From positions 441,500-505,499 of the forward strand of contig RHPI01003369.1 in the NCBI GenBank assembly GCA_009103225.1: a stretch of DNA of 64,000 nt, given 5' to 3'. A program made the translations under genes and the position numbers. The stretch's first letter is position 1. Every line of letters begins with the position of its first letter. Below, in pieces: positions 35,411-48,412 of the stretch. The DNA is from Chlorokybus atmophyticus (lineage: Eukaryota > Plantae > Mesostigma and Chlorokybus algae). The notes below the pieces were generated by a model that saw only the letters and a list, made by a program, of their open reading frames with translations, had not been told where the DNA came from and did no database searches.

Positions 35411-36007
35411 AGCCATTACGATAGGTAGTGATGTTTACACAGCTTTTTGCATGAGTGGAAGAGAAATTACACTGTTAAGTGAGGTGAATGAGCAAGCACC
35501 ACGTGGATGCTATGCCCTGACTGATGCCAACAAGCACACCGCAACCAAGTACACAAAGCTCACAGCGAGGACAAGCACAGTGCACAAGAACATGCACAGG
35601 CTCTCACACGGTGAGGGGATTCTTGGGAACCAGGACGGTGTGTTTCGTAGTTCAAGTCGCTTCACAAGCTCTTAGCTTTCTCACTTACAGTGTCACCAGC
35701 TGATCCGGTGAACACTGTGCCTACTTATACAAGTCAACTCATGACTGTCCAGAACATAAGCTAACGGTCATATCGAGGCTATTTCCACAAAAAATTACCA
35801 CTCGATATAAAACCTGACTTATAACTGAACTCACAACTGAACAGCTACGCGCGGTGCCTATGTAGGCTATGGCCATGAGCTACTCTAGAGACATGACCTG
35901 GCTACTGGTCAGAGACGCGCGCGGGTTGCCATGCTGGTAAGCCGGGCGAGGGTCTCGCTGTAGGCATGCCCGATGATGACTGGCATGCTTGGGCGATAGG
36001 CATGACA
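35411..36007 (-). repeat. Repeat A1 (597 bp), 5' terminal; contains TATAAGTA at 35729-35722
   Basis: Starts TGTCATGCC and matches 19577-20173. The TATA lies ~31 nt upstream of the self-complementary 15-mer. Confidence 0.95.
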
Positions 36008-36277
36008 CATTGCAACCGGCAGGTCGCGGCCTGCCGCGCCGACTGAACGCCAGCGCGACTGCCATTATGCAAGTCGCGACCCATTGATAATGGCATTTAT
36101 GAAGTGACCATTTACGATGTTACTGGATCGAGAAACAGCGATCGCGAAACTCGTGTGCAAGGCAGGAATTGCACCTAAGTCTCAAGCTCCGATGACCAAT
36201 GTCACAGCCCAATCGACCATAAAAGACAATATACTTTTATGGTCGATTTGTGGTAATTATGTGTACCCTCCCATTAC
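36008..36277 (-). mobile_element. Right remnant of the older TGTAA-type host LTR element
   Basis: Starts TGTAATGGGAGGG on the minus strand, similar to 19060-19150. Contains the 13-bp stem TCGACCATAAAAG/CTTTTATGGTCGA. Confidence 0.45.
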
Positions 36278-38755
36278 AGTAGTTAGTGACAGCGATGCGG
36301 TTAGCAGCGGCAGCCACAGTTATTAGCAATAGTCCACATCCGTAGGAGCAGCTGAGTTAGTAGTTAGTCAATTCCATGTCACAATAGTTGACAGCGATCA
36401 TGTGCGGGCAGACACCCTACTCTCCACACATTGCATAACCACTCACTTACCTCACTTACCCGCGTTGTTTACTGGCACGTGTTGGCCACCAACACGTGGA
36501 GCATTGATAGGTTACGTTGTAGGCCATCCCTTCCATCCGCTACATTTTTGCCCGCATCTTCCCAGGGAGTTCACGCACATGATAGCCGTAGGATTTGTCA
36601 CCTTCTCTCTGCACTTCAAGATCACCGACAAGTAGAGTTGGTGGTGAGCGCATAACCCGGCGCTCCACAGGCTTCTAGTCGCTTTGGGACATGTGGTGGT
36701 GTCTGCAGCTTGCTCGTGCAGCTAAGTGCGTGCCATGCAGCTAGCCCCGTTCCGTACAGCCCGCAATCAGCCATATCATGCGATACACGAAACAATCCAC
36801 ACAACAATGCACAATCACGCATGAACGCACTGACAGAAGGAGCCTTGGAAGAGCATGTTGTTCTAAGCAGCGGCATGTATGTAACTCTCTTGCGATTTGT
36901 CACTTACATCATCTTTGCTGCCCCAATGTCAGAGCACTTAAACTTGACTGGTCATGCAAAGCATATGGCACCGATCAGCCTTGTGCTTGCTGATATGCAG
37001 TGCCTTGTGCAGTCTTTGCACAAGGCACTACATGTGATAAGTTATCAAACCTTAAGCCATATAAGCTCAAGAGTAGACCTACATCAGGGCGCACCTCACA
37101 AGCACCACACATGCTTATAATTGTAAGATGGACAACCCATTGAGTTTCTTCTTACTTTCATAAGTGACAGCGAACGACTTTTACCAGCCTTATGAGCATG
37201 ACAACTCCCACCGCGACACGCTCTAAGGCTTGCAAGGCTATTGAACTCACATAGCCTAAGAGTGCATTTTCAAGATTTTGACAACGGCAACTCAGTCAGA
37301 TCTTTATTGAGTCATATCATACAAACTTATTGTGCATAATGAACACAAACATGTACATACTAAACACACACATCTTCTATTCTGTGACACTCTTTAGCGG
37401 TAGGAGGCCATGCACATGTAGCAATGGCGCAGCAATCAGCTACTACCGTGAAGGGGGCTGTGGGTATAATTATCGTTGTTATTAAATGTTTTATCTTGCT
37501 TACTGGCATTGGATTAATGAAGCTCTACACTGCTCTGCTATGCCATACGTACAATAAAGTGCTGCCCTGCTAACCGTGGTGTGTTCTACTTGCATGCATC
37601 ATCATCTGCATGCGTTGTCTTACCTTATGCATAAGATTTTATATGTTCGGAATCAGTCTCATAGCCTAGCTTGATTAAGGCTGAGTTATTGAAATGGTGT
37701 AATGTTGTATTGATTGCCTATTAAAGTCATTCGGGCTGTGCTGCGACTGCTTACATTTAGGTCCCCTTCAATTCATGTTATGCTCATTGTAGATGGACAG
37801 AATGGGTCATCTCCTGATATTGCAGCTATACCAACATTTATGAACATAAGGTTCAGGTTGGGGTGAAGCGTAACAGTAGGTTGAGTGACTTGTATGTATA
37901 CCAAAAGTAGCACACTTAGCATGGCATGCAAATGATATGGAAGTGGATGCACATATAGCTACTCAACACTTGGTATGCAACGGCAAGCAAGCATAGATAC
38001 TCACCACCATTAGTAATTGCTCAAAGCTTATAGATTAAGATATTAATTATTACCCACCTTATATGCACGTAGCAGTTGGGAATGGCTGGGGTGTAGCAAA
38101 GCAAAGGTGCAAATGAGATAATATGATTCAATGAAATGGCCAACTCAAGCATGTCACAGTAGGCCAAACTGCTTGACCATGACAACAACTAATGGATGCT
38201 AGGCTACAAAGTGTGCTTGTCAACGCTGAATACCTAATATACAAAGGCAAGTATATGCCTGCTGGGCCGGTTGCGCAGGATATTCATATGACGACTGTGT
38301 ACACAATGCAGTTCTAAACAGGCACAGCGGCATTGCATGTCAGAATGCCAGCGCGGTTGGCTGAGAACAATGCTGGCGGCAAGCTTGTTTGATAGTTTTA
38401 CTAGAAACACCTCGGGTACAATGCTTACATGCATGTCGAAGTTAAGCAGGAAACAAACGACTGATTACAAGCGCATGGTGGTTGTTACTATTCTAATCAG
38501 CATACGACAAGCTACTCTGCACAAGTATATATCAAGCATACCACCCTGCACGCAATGAACACAGCACAAGACTGCATGCTCAATCTGGTGAAGGCTGTTG
38601 GGATTGCAAGTAGGCAGCATTTGCTGCTGCCGTCCAACGCTACATCGATATTATTGGTTACAGGTCTACCTGCTCTGTGCAAGTGGTCTAGAGGATGACA
38701 AAATGCTGTACAGTGCGACAACTAGTGCTACGCTGCGGCTGCCCCAACAGTCGTC

Positions 38756-39376
38756 CTAGTATCCAAGCTTCTCCTTAACAGTGTCCACAGCGCTGTTGAC
38801 TGTGTCGGTGACCTTCTCAGTCAATGTCTGCATCGCAGAGACAACCATTAGTGCCACATGATCAACTGAAACTCGCAACAACTCAAATGTGCACATAACA
38901 ACTACTCTGTATACACATGTACAGATGCGCACAACGCATGTAGCAATCATAGTACACGTCACATACCGGCTGTGGCGCCATCTCATCGGACTTCTGGTTC
39001 AGCTTGTCACCGGCCTGGTTCAGCTTGTTCCCGGCCGTCTGTGTGGTGTCGGATGCCGCACGCTGGGTGTGCTCCTTAGCGTTCTGAGCCTTGTCACGGG
39101 CGTTATCAGCAGCATTTGACATCGCCTCCTTGGCATCCTCCTGTGTAAAGTAATGGGATTCCTTAAGCACTACCTTACAAGTAGTGCTTATTCGCGCACA
39201 GCCCATTCACACCGCGCACGACATGCAGACACCCACGAACATGCAGGCACACACGAACGCATTTCTCTGCCCACACACAACTGCATGCGCACCTTCTTGT
39301 TGTGTGCGTAGTCGCCCATGGTCTGGAAGGTCTCGCTGGCCTTGTTCTTCACGTCCTGGCCGTCGGTGGAAGACAT
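38756..39376 (-). CDS. LEA-like hydrophilin, paralogue B
   Basis: Exons 39293-39376, 38967-39140, 38756-38827; same lengths (84/174/72 nt) as paralogue A. Confidence 0.8.
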
Positions 39377-41059
39377 CGCCGCTGAAGAGAAATGAGCTAG
39401 GCACTGAGATTGAGAGGTGCGACACTCAGCAACAAAAGCTATCCACAAGAGGCGGCTTGAAGGCAATCAAACAACTTGACCACTTGGAGCGCAGCGGGCG
39501 GGTTCATATACCAGCCGCTTCAGCTGGGCGCCACGCCTGCCTGTGCGTTTGAGCAAATTCGGCTGATGTGGCGGGCAGAGATTGCTCGCGATACGATGTG
39601 CCGCGCATAGGCATGCTGACGATTCCGAGAATCCGTGTCGTTATTGAAGTTTGCACGGTACTGTCAGTGGTAGGCCACACATTATCTGATGTGATCACTG
39701 GACTGCACAAGATTCCTAGCAATTAATGTCATGGTAGGCATGTAGGCCTATAACGTGCATAGTATTCGCCAGCTAATAGGTGTAGCATGAAGTTCAACAC
39801 ATTGTCATGAAAGCACCGTGATGCTATTATTCATCAGGTGCGAAGTTGTTCAACACGTTGAACGCGCTGGCGATCTGATGAAAGCACTTTTATGTGTTGC
39901 ATACACACTCATGCACGCAACGTGCATGCATGCGTGTGTTGCATTTTGGTTTTGAGTATCAATGTGAGTATCATGACATATATACGACTTTATGCTTTTC
40001 TTCAGCGCCAGTTCGCATAAATACTTGTATTGCATGCGTGTGCTGTGAATAATGTGCTGCTTGCGCAGCGTTAATGCGCGTATAAGGCCATGTCTGTATT
40101 GCATCAATAAAAAACATGGTTTTCATACAGTAAGAGCACGAAGAGCGTCAGATTTTATTGTTAAGGAACGTTCTTTCACGGACAAGATAATCGATGATGA
40201 CTCGAATTACAAGCATATCTTCTACTTGTTGTAAAATTGTATAATGCGACTCCTTGTAGATGAAGTTGTTTTACGATAAAAGGCGTTATCATAGCGTACA
40301 GTAAAAGACCTTTCACAATGCCATCCTTTTTATACAAAGTTTAGGAACATAAGTGATGATAATCTATACATAACATGGCCATGTTCATATGCCGACATTG
40401 TGTCTTGGAAGGTCTTAACATGTTAATATACGATTGCGCTTGTTGATTATAACCGATTGTATCTATTCATTAATATATCATAGTACGTATGTAGGTAGTA
40501 TGATCAACATAATAATCATTGTATATAATCACCTTTAGCTGTTAAGATGCATAAAATTTTAATATCAACATTGTATGTAATCACCTTCAAATCAACATAC
40601 AAGTCGTCATGATTAACACATAGCGGTATAGTGATATTTTATACAAGAGGTGGACGTTGTCCAATGGACGTAGCCTAGCCAAACAAAAAGAAAGAGGGGA
40701 CAATTATAGTAAGGGGCACTCAATCCCACAAGGGGGTAGCGGACTCACTAAGCGCTTCGACCACAGTAGAGCAACTGCATTTTACAATGTGAAGGGGGGA
40801 TCTTGGTTGAACTCCTCGCATCAAGCCGTTGCAGTATGAAAAGGATTTCACTACGAGTGGTTGGTCTCACCGCTGCAAGCGACTGACCTAGCACGTCGTT
40901 TGCTCCCTACCTGCCTGAGCGACATTGTTGATGCAGTCTATAAATGTGCCACACATGCGCAACCATGTAGACGCATGCACATCCAAAACGAGTTAATAAC
41001 ATACTTGTGGGTTTGCTGCATAGTTATTTCCTCCTGCCCAAGGTAACGAGTTTTGCTAC

Positions 41060-41450
41060 CGTGGCCTTTTCCAGGGGCCTGCAGCTCGTGCCAGTACTGG
41101 CACGAACCAGTTGTGCCAGGACTGGCACATGCCTTTTGGAGCCTTGGCTCAGAAAGTGGCACAAAACAGCTTGTGCCAGTAGTGAATTTGAGTTCACTAA
41201 CTGGTAAGTGGCACATATTGTTTGTGCTAATACCGAAACATCAAATGCGAGTGTCATTACTGGCGCAAGAATAGACTTGTGCCATGCTTGGCGGATAATA
41301 CTCATGCCAAAACTGGCACGTGTAATCATGTGTCAGTGCGGGATTGGGTTTCGAAACATGCTAGTTTATGTGCTAGTCATGGCACAAAAAAATCTGTGCC
41401 TGTGCTGGAACGGGCGGAGATTCTGCCAGCTGCATGTGTGCCAGTAAAGA
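41060..41450. repeat. Cluster of TGGCAC/GTGCCA motifs in both orientations
   Basis: More than ten (C/G)TGGCAC or TGTGCCA(G) occurrences in ~390 bp. Confidence 0.55.
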
Positions 41451-42495
41451 TACTTCATGATCCATATGACAATATGCATGCAAATCAGCTGTTGCACACA
41501 AACATGACAAACCAATTATGCAAATGCAAGCATAGCGTTGCACAACTGCGACCTTCATTCCTACCAACACTTCTACTACTACCACTACCACTACTCCTAC
41601 AGCTACAGCTTTGTGATGTTCATGACGCAAGGAGATTAGCGGACGCGGAGAGCAGACTCGCAGCTTCAGCTCCAAATCTGTATACCAATACAACCAGCAG
41701 ACCCACAGACTAGCCGACCAGCTGTACCAATGCACACTAGCTCTACAGCACGGCAGTAGACAAGCCAACAAGCATACCACCACCCCAACTCGCCTGATCA
41801 GCAGATCACACCAACAGACTGAGATATGCTGCATGAGGTCACCTGATTGTCCCACCTTTGTCATGGTCTTAGGCTAGGCTTAAGACTAGTCCTAAGACCG
41901 GGTGTAGGACTAGGTCCTCCACTGGCAGGCCCTGTGTGTGCACTCGTTACGCGCATGCACTCGGTTGCGTAGACAAAGTTACCTAGGGTTTGCCAAAGCA
42001 ATACGATGGCAACTGATCTCAACATTCCCTATTAGACAGTTTGAACATGCAAGCAGCAACAACTGCGCTCATTGCTCTTGACATGCATCTCAGCAGCCGC
42101 AGCTAGCGATAGCAACACTTGACTTGCATCTTTGTTGTGCTGAACAAATAGTAAACGCACGCACGCACGCGCACACAAAAAGACTTACCAGGCTAGTCAC
42201 CAGCTGCTGGTCGTGTGTTGGGCGCGTTAAACTACGGCGAGCTGGCGTCCCTGCTCAGCTGTCATCTGCTTCCATTGTCGCTGCATTGCCAGTGCAGTAT
42301 TTGTAAGTGGCAATGTACTGAGCAAGACTACTCGTGCAAACTTTTCACGATGAAGATAATAGCACATAGTAGTGCCTACCAGCGCTGCCAACTTCTGGCG
42401 TTCCTCTTCACGTGGGTGAAAGCAAGCTGCAAATGCCAGACGCATAAGTCTGCAACACAGCAGAGGCTGCTTGAAAGTCATGGCATAAGCACCCA

Positions 42496-43040
<545 letters not shown>

Positions 43041-43269
43041 TAAAGGCACCCACAGTAGCATTGAAGTTGTGTCGTGCCACTGCAGCCCGACCCTAAGTGG
43101 CAACAAGTACACAACATGATTAGAATCCCACATAAGTCCGTCCAATGTGCCATCATGCAGACAGCAACATGCACTCAAAGTAAATTGACATTGCACATTG
43201 TTAAACTCCCAAGCTGTGGAACAGTTTGCTATTCAACCCATGCACAACAATGCATGCCACCATGCAGGA

Positions 43270-44440
43270 CTCACCACATCCAATCAGTCACTACGGTACG
43301 GTACTTCAGCAAGTCGTCTTGCTGTTGGCGTGTTAATGCATCAAAGGTGTCCTTGTGGTTACTGCTAGTAAGGTGAGACCTGAAGTTTTGCACTCCCACT
43401 CTGGCGATCCAGCCTTTGTGTATGCCTGTAAGGTTGCAGCCGTAGATGCAACGGATGAAGTAGTTTTCGAAGGTGGCAACATGTCGAGAATCCGCCATAG
43501 ACCTGAGAAAGAAGACGACGCAATGCACAGACGAAACGACGCGGCCGCTAAGCTCGACAATCTTGGCGTTGCTGCCGTCGAAGAGCTTGCATGCGACTTG
43601 GTTTCCGGGCCGTGGTAGTTATCGACTATATCGCCCGAGCGCGTATGATATCCCATCATACGTAGGACACATTACGCACGAACCACAGTTTGACTTGAAT
43701 TGTTAACATGTTGCACAGGGAACTCACAATGTCCAGCGACGCCGCGCCATATCACGTCATATGACAGCATATGACGGCATATTGATGGATGTGACACCAT
43801 ATCGTATGACATGGAATGGTATGGTGCGATGTCGCATGGCATGTCGTGAGTTCCTTGTTGACAGAGTTCAGTTAACATGTGACGGATAACCCCAGTTAAT
43901 ATGACGAAACCGAAAATTATTTTTGGGTGACCTAAACTGAAGCGCATTGCATGCAGGATACCATATGTGATATCTAACATACGCTGTTGAGCATATCGCG
44001 ACATATGATGCCGTATGCTAGCACATCATACGATATTTTATCAAGTGACGCCATATGCTGTGCTGCAATGTCGCGATACGTCGCGTCCGTCGCTCCTTGT
44101 ATGCCTGTTGTGGCGGTGAGATAAGGTGTGATCATTGACGTCACTCAATTAACGTTCAGGTCGCATTGCACGCATGATACTATATATGTGGTATCCATCC
44201 ATATGCTGTTGAGCATATCGCGCCATATAATCCGGTATACTAGCACATCCAACGATATTCGATCAAGTGACACCAAATGCTGAGCTGCAATGTCGTGATA
44301 CGTCCCATCCGTCGCTGTTTGGATTCCGGTTGTAGCGGTGACATGGCGTGTGGCAGGCCTCAGCCGGCACTGACAATTTTTGTGTGGTGACTCACTGGTG
44401 ATGGCCGCCCGCCTCGTGCCCAATCAGCCGCACCGCTAGT
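43270..44440 (-). mobile_element. Possible DNA transposon (hAT-like) 5' remnant: BED-like zinc-finger exon plus subterminal repeats
   Basis: MADSRH...RCIYGC...NFRSHLTSSNH followed by a GTGAGT donor. ATATC/CGACAT-rich repeats upstream and a TAGCGGTG candidate end at ~44440. Partner TIR not found. Confidence 0.3.
43955..44360 (+). repeat. Diverged ~220-bp direct duplication
   Basis: GCTGTTGAGCATATCGCG...ATCAAGTGAC...GCTGCAATGTCG at ~43983 and ~44204. Confidence 0.8.
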
Positions 44441-45395
44441 TGAGCGTTACGCATCATGTAATGTAGCAGTGTTATACCCTGCAGCAAAATACATCACTAT
44501 GTTGATTAAAGTGCTAATAAAGGCCTAGTGCACAATTGCAAGCAGCGGCAGCAGGCATGCCACTGCGGCACCTTATGCGGGGAAGGGCATTAAATACCCT
44601 TTCCTTGTATAATTTGCAATAAAGGTACGTAAACCTACCCTTGCTGTAACTAGATTTCTTCATGAGAAACCCCTCTGGCACGGACAAAGTATTTACATAA
44701 ATAATTAGTTAATTATTATTATTATACATGAGGTAAATCAAGCCCTTTACAATAACCATTACACTTTTTGTGAGGAGAACGTCGTCCTAATAGGGAGCGT
44801 CACTGTAATGAGGGCAACAGCTAATTGAACTCATTGATGTTTTAATGATTAATTTGTGTGGATGGCTGATAAGCATCTCAATTACATGATCAATCCCCAT
44901 TGCATGGAGACAAGAATTCATAGTCAATTTTGGTGTAGTATATGCTATATATATATTTACCATTATGTACGTCATACCCTCGTTGCAATAACAGATTGTC
45001 ACTGCATGTCACGTGTCGCTACTTACGACATGTCACTACAGACGTTATCCATTAGTTTACACTACACATCGAAGAACCTCCTCCGTATAGTAATAGCTTC
45101 ACATTCGTGGTCACTATAACAAGGGTGGACTGTACGACACATCGTATCGCAAGGAATCTGCTTGCCACGTCTGACCTCCGATACGAGCATCATTAGAATT
45201 CGCTAGAACGCATGCAGGCAGCGCCGCGTGGTTGCGCCCAGCTGAAGCAGCTGGGTAGGCTTACATAAGGTTGCCTGCTGCGCACCAAGAGGCAAAGCAG
45301 TTTGATTGCCTTCAAGCCGCCTCTTGCGGATAGTTCTTGTTCTTGTCTGTTGCGCTTTTCAAGCTCAGTCTCTAGCTCTCACCTCTCCAGCGACG

Positions 45396-45980
45396 ATGGC
45401 TTCCACCGACGGCCAGGACGTGAAGAACAAGGCCAGCGAGACCTTCCAGACCATGGGCGACTTCGCCCACAACAAGAAGGTGCGCATGCAGTTGTGTGTG
45501 GGCATTTGTGTGCAGGCAGAGAAGTGCGTGTGTGTCTGCATGTGGTGCGCGGTGTCTGATTGGGCTGTGCAGGGAATAACTGTAGTAATGTAGTGCTAAT
45601 GGAATTCCATGGCTTTGTTCAGGAGGATGCCAAGGCGGCGATGTCAAATGCTGCTGACAATGCCCGCGACAAGGCTCAGGACGCTAAGGAGCACACCCAG
45701 CGTGCGGCATCCGACACCACACAGACGGCCGGTGACAAGCTGAACCAGGCCGGTGACAAGCTGAACCAGAAGTCTGATGAGATGGCGCCACAGCCGGTAT
45801 GTGACGTGCCCAGTTCTTAGATGCGTTGCCCTTAACTACATGTTTGTCAGTGTGTGTTGCACTCAATGAGTGGATGCATGTGCGCTAATGATTTTTGCTG
45901 CGATGCAGACATTGACTGAGAAGGTTACCGACACAGTCAACAGCGCTGTGGACACTGTCAAGGAGAAGCTTGGGTACTAG
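45396..45980 (+). CDS. LEA-like hydrophilin, paralogue C
   Basis: Exons 45396-45479, 45623-45796, 45909-45980. Confidence 0.8.
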
Positions 45981-46467
45981 GACGATTGTTGGAGCAGTCG
46001 CTGCGTAGCACTAGTTGTCGCACTGTACAGCACTGTCATCCTCTAGACCTCTTGCACATAGTAGGTAGGCATTGAACAATAATGCGCAATGTGGCGCTGG
46101 ACTGCAGCAGCAAATGCTGCCGTTTGCTATTACACCAGGTTGACTTCTGTTTGGACATACCTTCTGCTGTGAACTTCAGAAATATTTGTGTGCATTGTGC
46201 GAGTTGAAATGCTTGTTGACTAGTGTAATGTAGTGTTTTCTCTTGCTGTGCTGGCCGGAGCAGCCAACACTACATGTTTGCCTTCAAGCTGTCTGCTGCG
46301 CAGAGCAACCAAGTATGAATCGTCTTACAGCAGGCGTGCTTGTGGCCGTAACAACAGATCTGTCACCACTCTTGAACCACGCTCTGCAACGCTGCTACAC
46401 CCACGCAACTACACACGCCCAAGCAGTTGCAGCAATCATGCATCTGAGTATTGTTGATACATGGCCC

Positions 46468-46770
46468 AAGGTTGGCAAGTGCTCTGCATGGTAACAGCCT
46501 CATCCAATACTAGGCCGGTGAAATGGATGTATTTGTTGTAAGATTGGGTAAACAAGCAAAGTCTGCAAGTAGAATGGTGAGTATGGCATGAAATGTTGTT
46601 ACTACAAATGGCGATATATGGCGCAGGTTGGCAAGCGTTTCGCATGGTAACAGCCTCATCCAATGCTAGGTTGGTGAGATCTTCATTGTTGTAAGATTTA
46701 CCAAGCAAAGTCAGTAAGTAGATAGTGGATATGGCATGCAATGTTGATATTACAAAGGTAGAGTGTGTCG
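46468..46770 (+). repeat. Diverged ~156-bp tandem duplication
   Basis: GGTTGGCAAG...GCATGGTAACAGCCTCATCCAAT...TTGTTGTAAGATT...AAGCAAAGTC occurs twice. Confidence 0.75.
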
Positions 46771-47334
46771 CATTTTTAGATGGAATAAAATCAGTGCATA
46801 GTGATGAAGGTATATGCAATCTTTATCATCTGTGTGCCAAGTCGGACAGTGGAAGTAGTACGAATGCATTCATAAGTAAGCACAATTGAGGATGATTATG
46901 TGTTCATCTTGCGAGAGGGCCACTTCTCCATGACATGCCTGGTTAGTCGCTAATGCAAAGGGGCTCTTCAACTCCCGCTCATTCCTCGTTGGGTGTAATG
47001 CCGAGCGTAAGCGACAGTGTATATAAGGGGCATGGTGCCGTGCCAGCATGCATGGTGTGCGGTGTGTTGAGCGTGTGTGTGCCTCCGGCTGGAGTTGTAT
47101 GAGAGGTCAATGGTCATCCTCTTCTACCTTAATGCTGAGCTGCAACTTTCCATTAAAGGTGCTGCACTGGCTGCGCTAATGGGACTTGAATATTTCATCG
47201 ACAGAGTTGTTGATAATCCGTGGTGCTTATGCATAAGTACCCTTTTTCATATCATTAATATACAATCATCCGCTGCCATTTTTACCATACCTACCCTCCC
47301 ACCCAATTGGACACAACCAATACTCAATACTACC

Positions 47335-47660
47335 ACACGATGTCAAGCTAAGCGAGCGCTGCGTCTGCCTCAGTAGTCGGCGGGCCTTGAGCTGTGCAAG
47401 GTACTATGGCACAAGACCCTATCCTGGTACTGCGACCACCGCCGCAGCTCTCCGCTCCAATCCGATCGCTATTGCCTGTGCCCGCTACAAAGCGCATGCC
47501 ACGGGCTGACGGTAGATGCGGATGAAGCCCTTCAGTCGTCATGGCTCAGCTCCCTCGCACTGTGGCAATGTGGTGCGCGCACAAGCTGAAAAACCTCTCC
47601 TAGCATCCCATGTGTCCCTCGCGAGCGGATAGACAGTGTCTCAACGAGTGATCCCCCCGT
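47335..47660 (-). mobile_element. Third fragment of the RLE non-LTR family
   Basis: TCTGCCTCAGTAGTCGG, GCGGATGAAGCCCT and TCGCGAGCGG blocks shared with 4760-5050. Confidence 0.55.
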
Positions 47661-47814
47661 ACATAGGTTGCCAAGGCGATCAGCAGATAAGTAAGTAGCA
47701 TCGTTACCATGATCTCACATCAGACGTGAAATGATATACTCCACCGTTACCATGCATGCACGAATTCAGAATATATTGCGCCTGGTAAGTTAGGCCCTCA
47801 GTGCAACAGCCCCC

Positions 47815-48131
47815 NNNNNNNNNNNNNNNNNNNNNNNNNNNNNNNNNNNNNNNNNNNNNNNNNNNNNNNNNNNNNNNNNNNNNNNNNNNNNNNNNNNNNN
47901 NNNNNNNNNNNNNNNNNNNNNNNNNNNNNNNNNNNNNNNNNNNNNNNNNNNNNNNNNNNNNNNNNNNNNNNNNNNNNNNNNNNNNNNNNNNNNNNNNNNN
48001 NNNNNNNNNNNNNNNNNNNNNNNNNNNNNNNNNNNNNNNNNNNNNNNNNNNNNNNNNNNNNNNNNNNNNNNNNNNNNNNNNNNNNNNNNNNNNNNNNNNN
48101 NNNNNNNNNNNNNNNNNNNNNNNNNNNNNNN
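47815..48131. other. Assembly gap
   Basis: Run of N. The right flank 48132-48208 is a TACCGTATT-family MITE end. Confidence 0.98.
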
Positions 48132-48412
48132 TCGAATACAAGCCCCCTTTACGAAGGGGTGTGGGGCTTACGTAGAAAGGGGGGCCTTCTATCCAGGCAA
48201 ATACTGTACCATTATCTATTGTCATGACCGCTTTGCCAACTTGCAATGCCAAGCCCTGCAAGCTTGCTCTAAGCCTGAGCAAATGGCCATGTGAACTCCA
48301 AGGTCACTCAACAATCATCCAACGCTGCATCACGTCACGTGATTCACGTCCCCACCAAACAAACTCAGCCGTTGCTGCTGCTCTTCTGCACACATTCACC
48401 CTTTTTGCCCCA

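Larger units (their letters stand above)
19340..36007 (-). mobile_element. Ty3/gypsy-type retrotransposon encoding a C5 DNA methyltransferase and PHD finger, with split direct repeats A-ORFs-B-A-B; interrupted by a copia and a solo LTR
   Basis: TGTC...GACA termini with CATT duplicated at 19336-19339 and 36008-36011. Domain order Gag-X-PR-DNMT-RT-RH-INT-PHD after removing the nested insertions. Confidence 0.88.
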
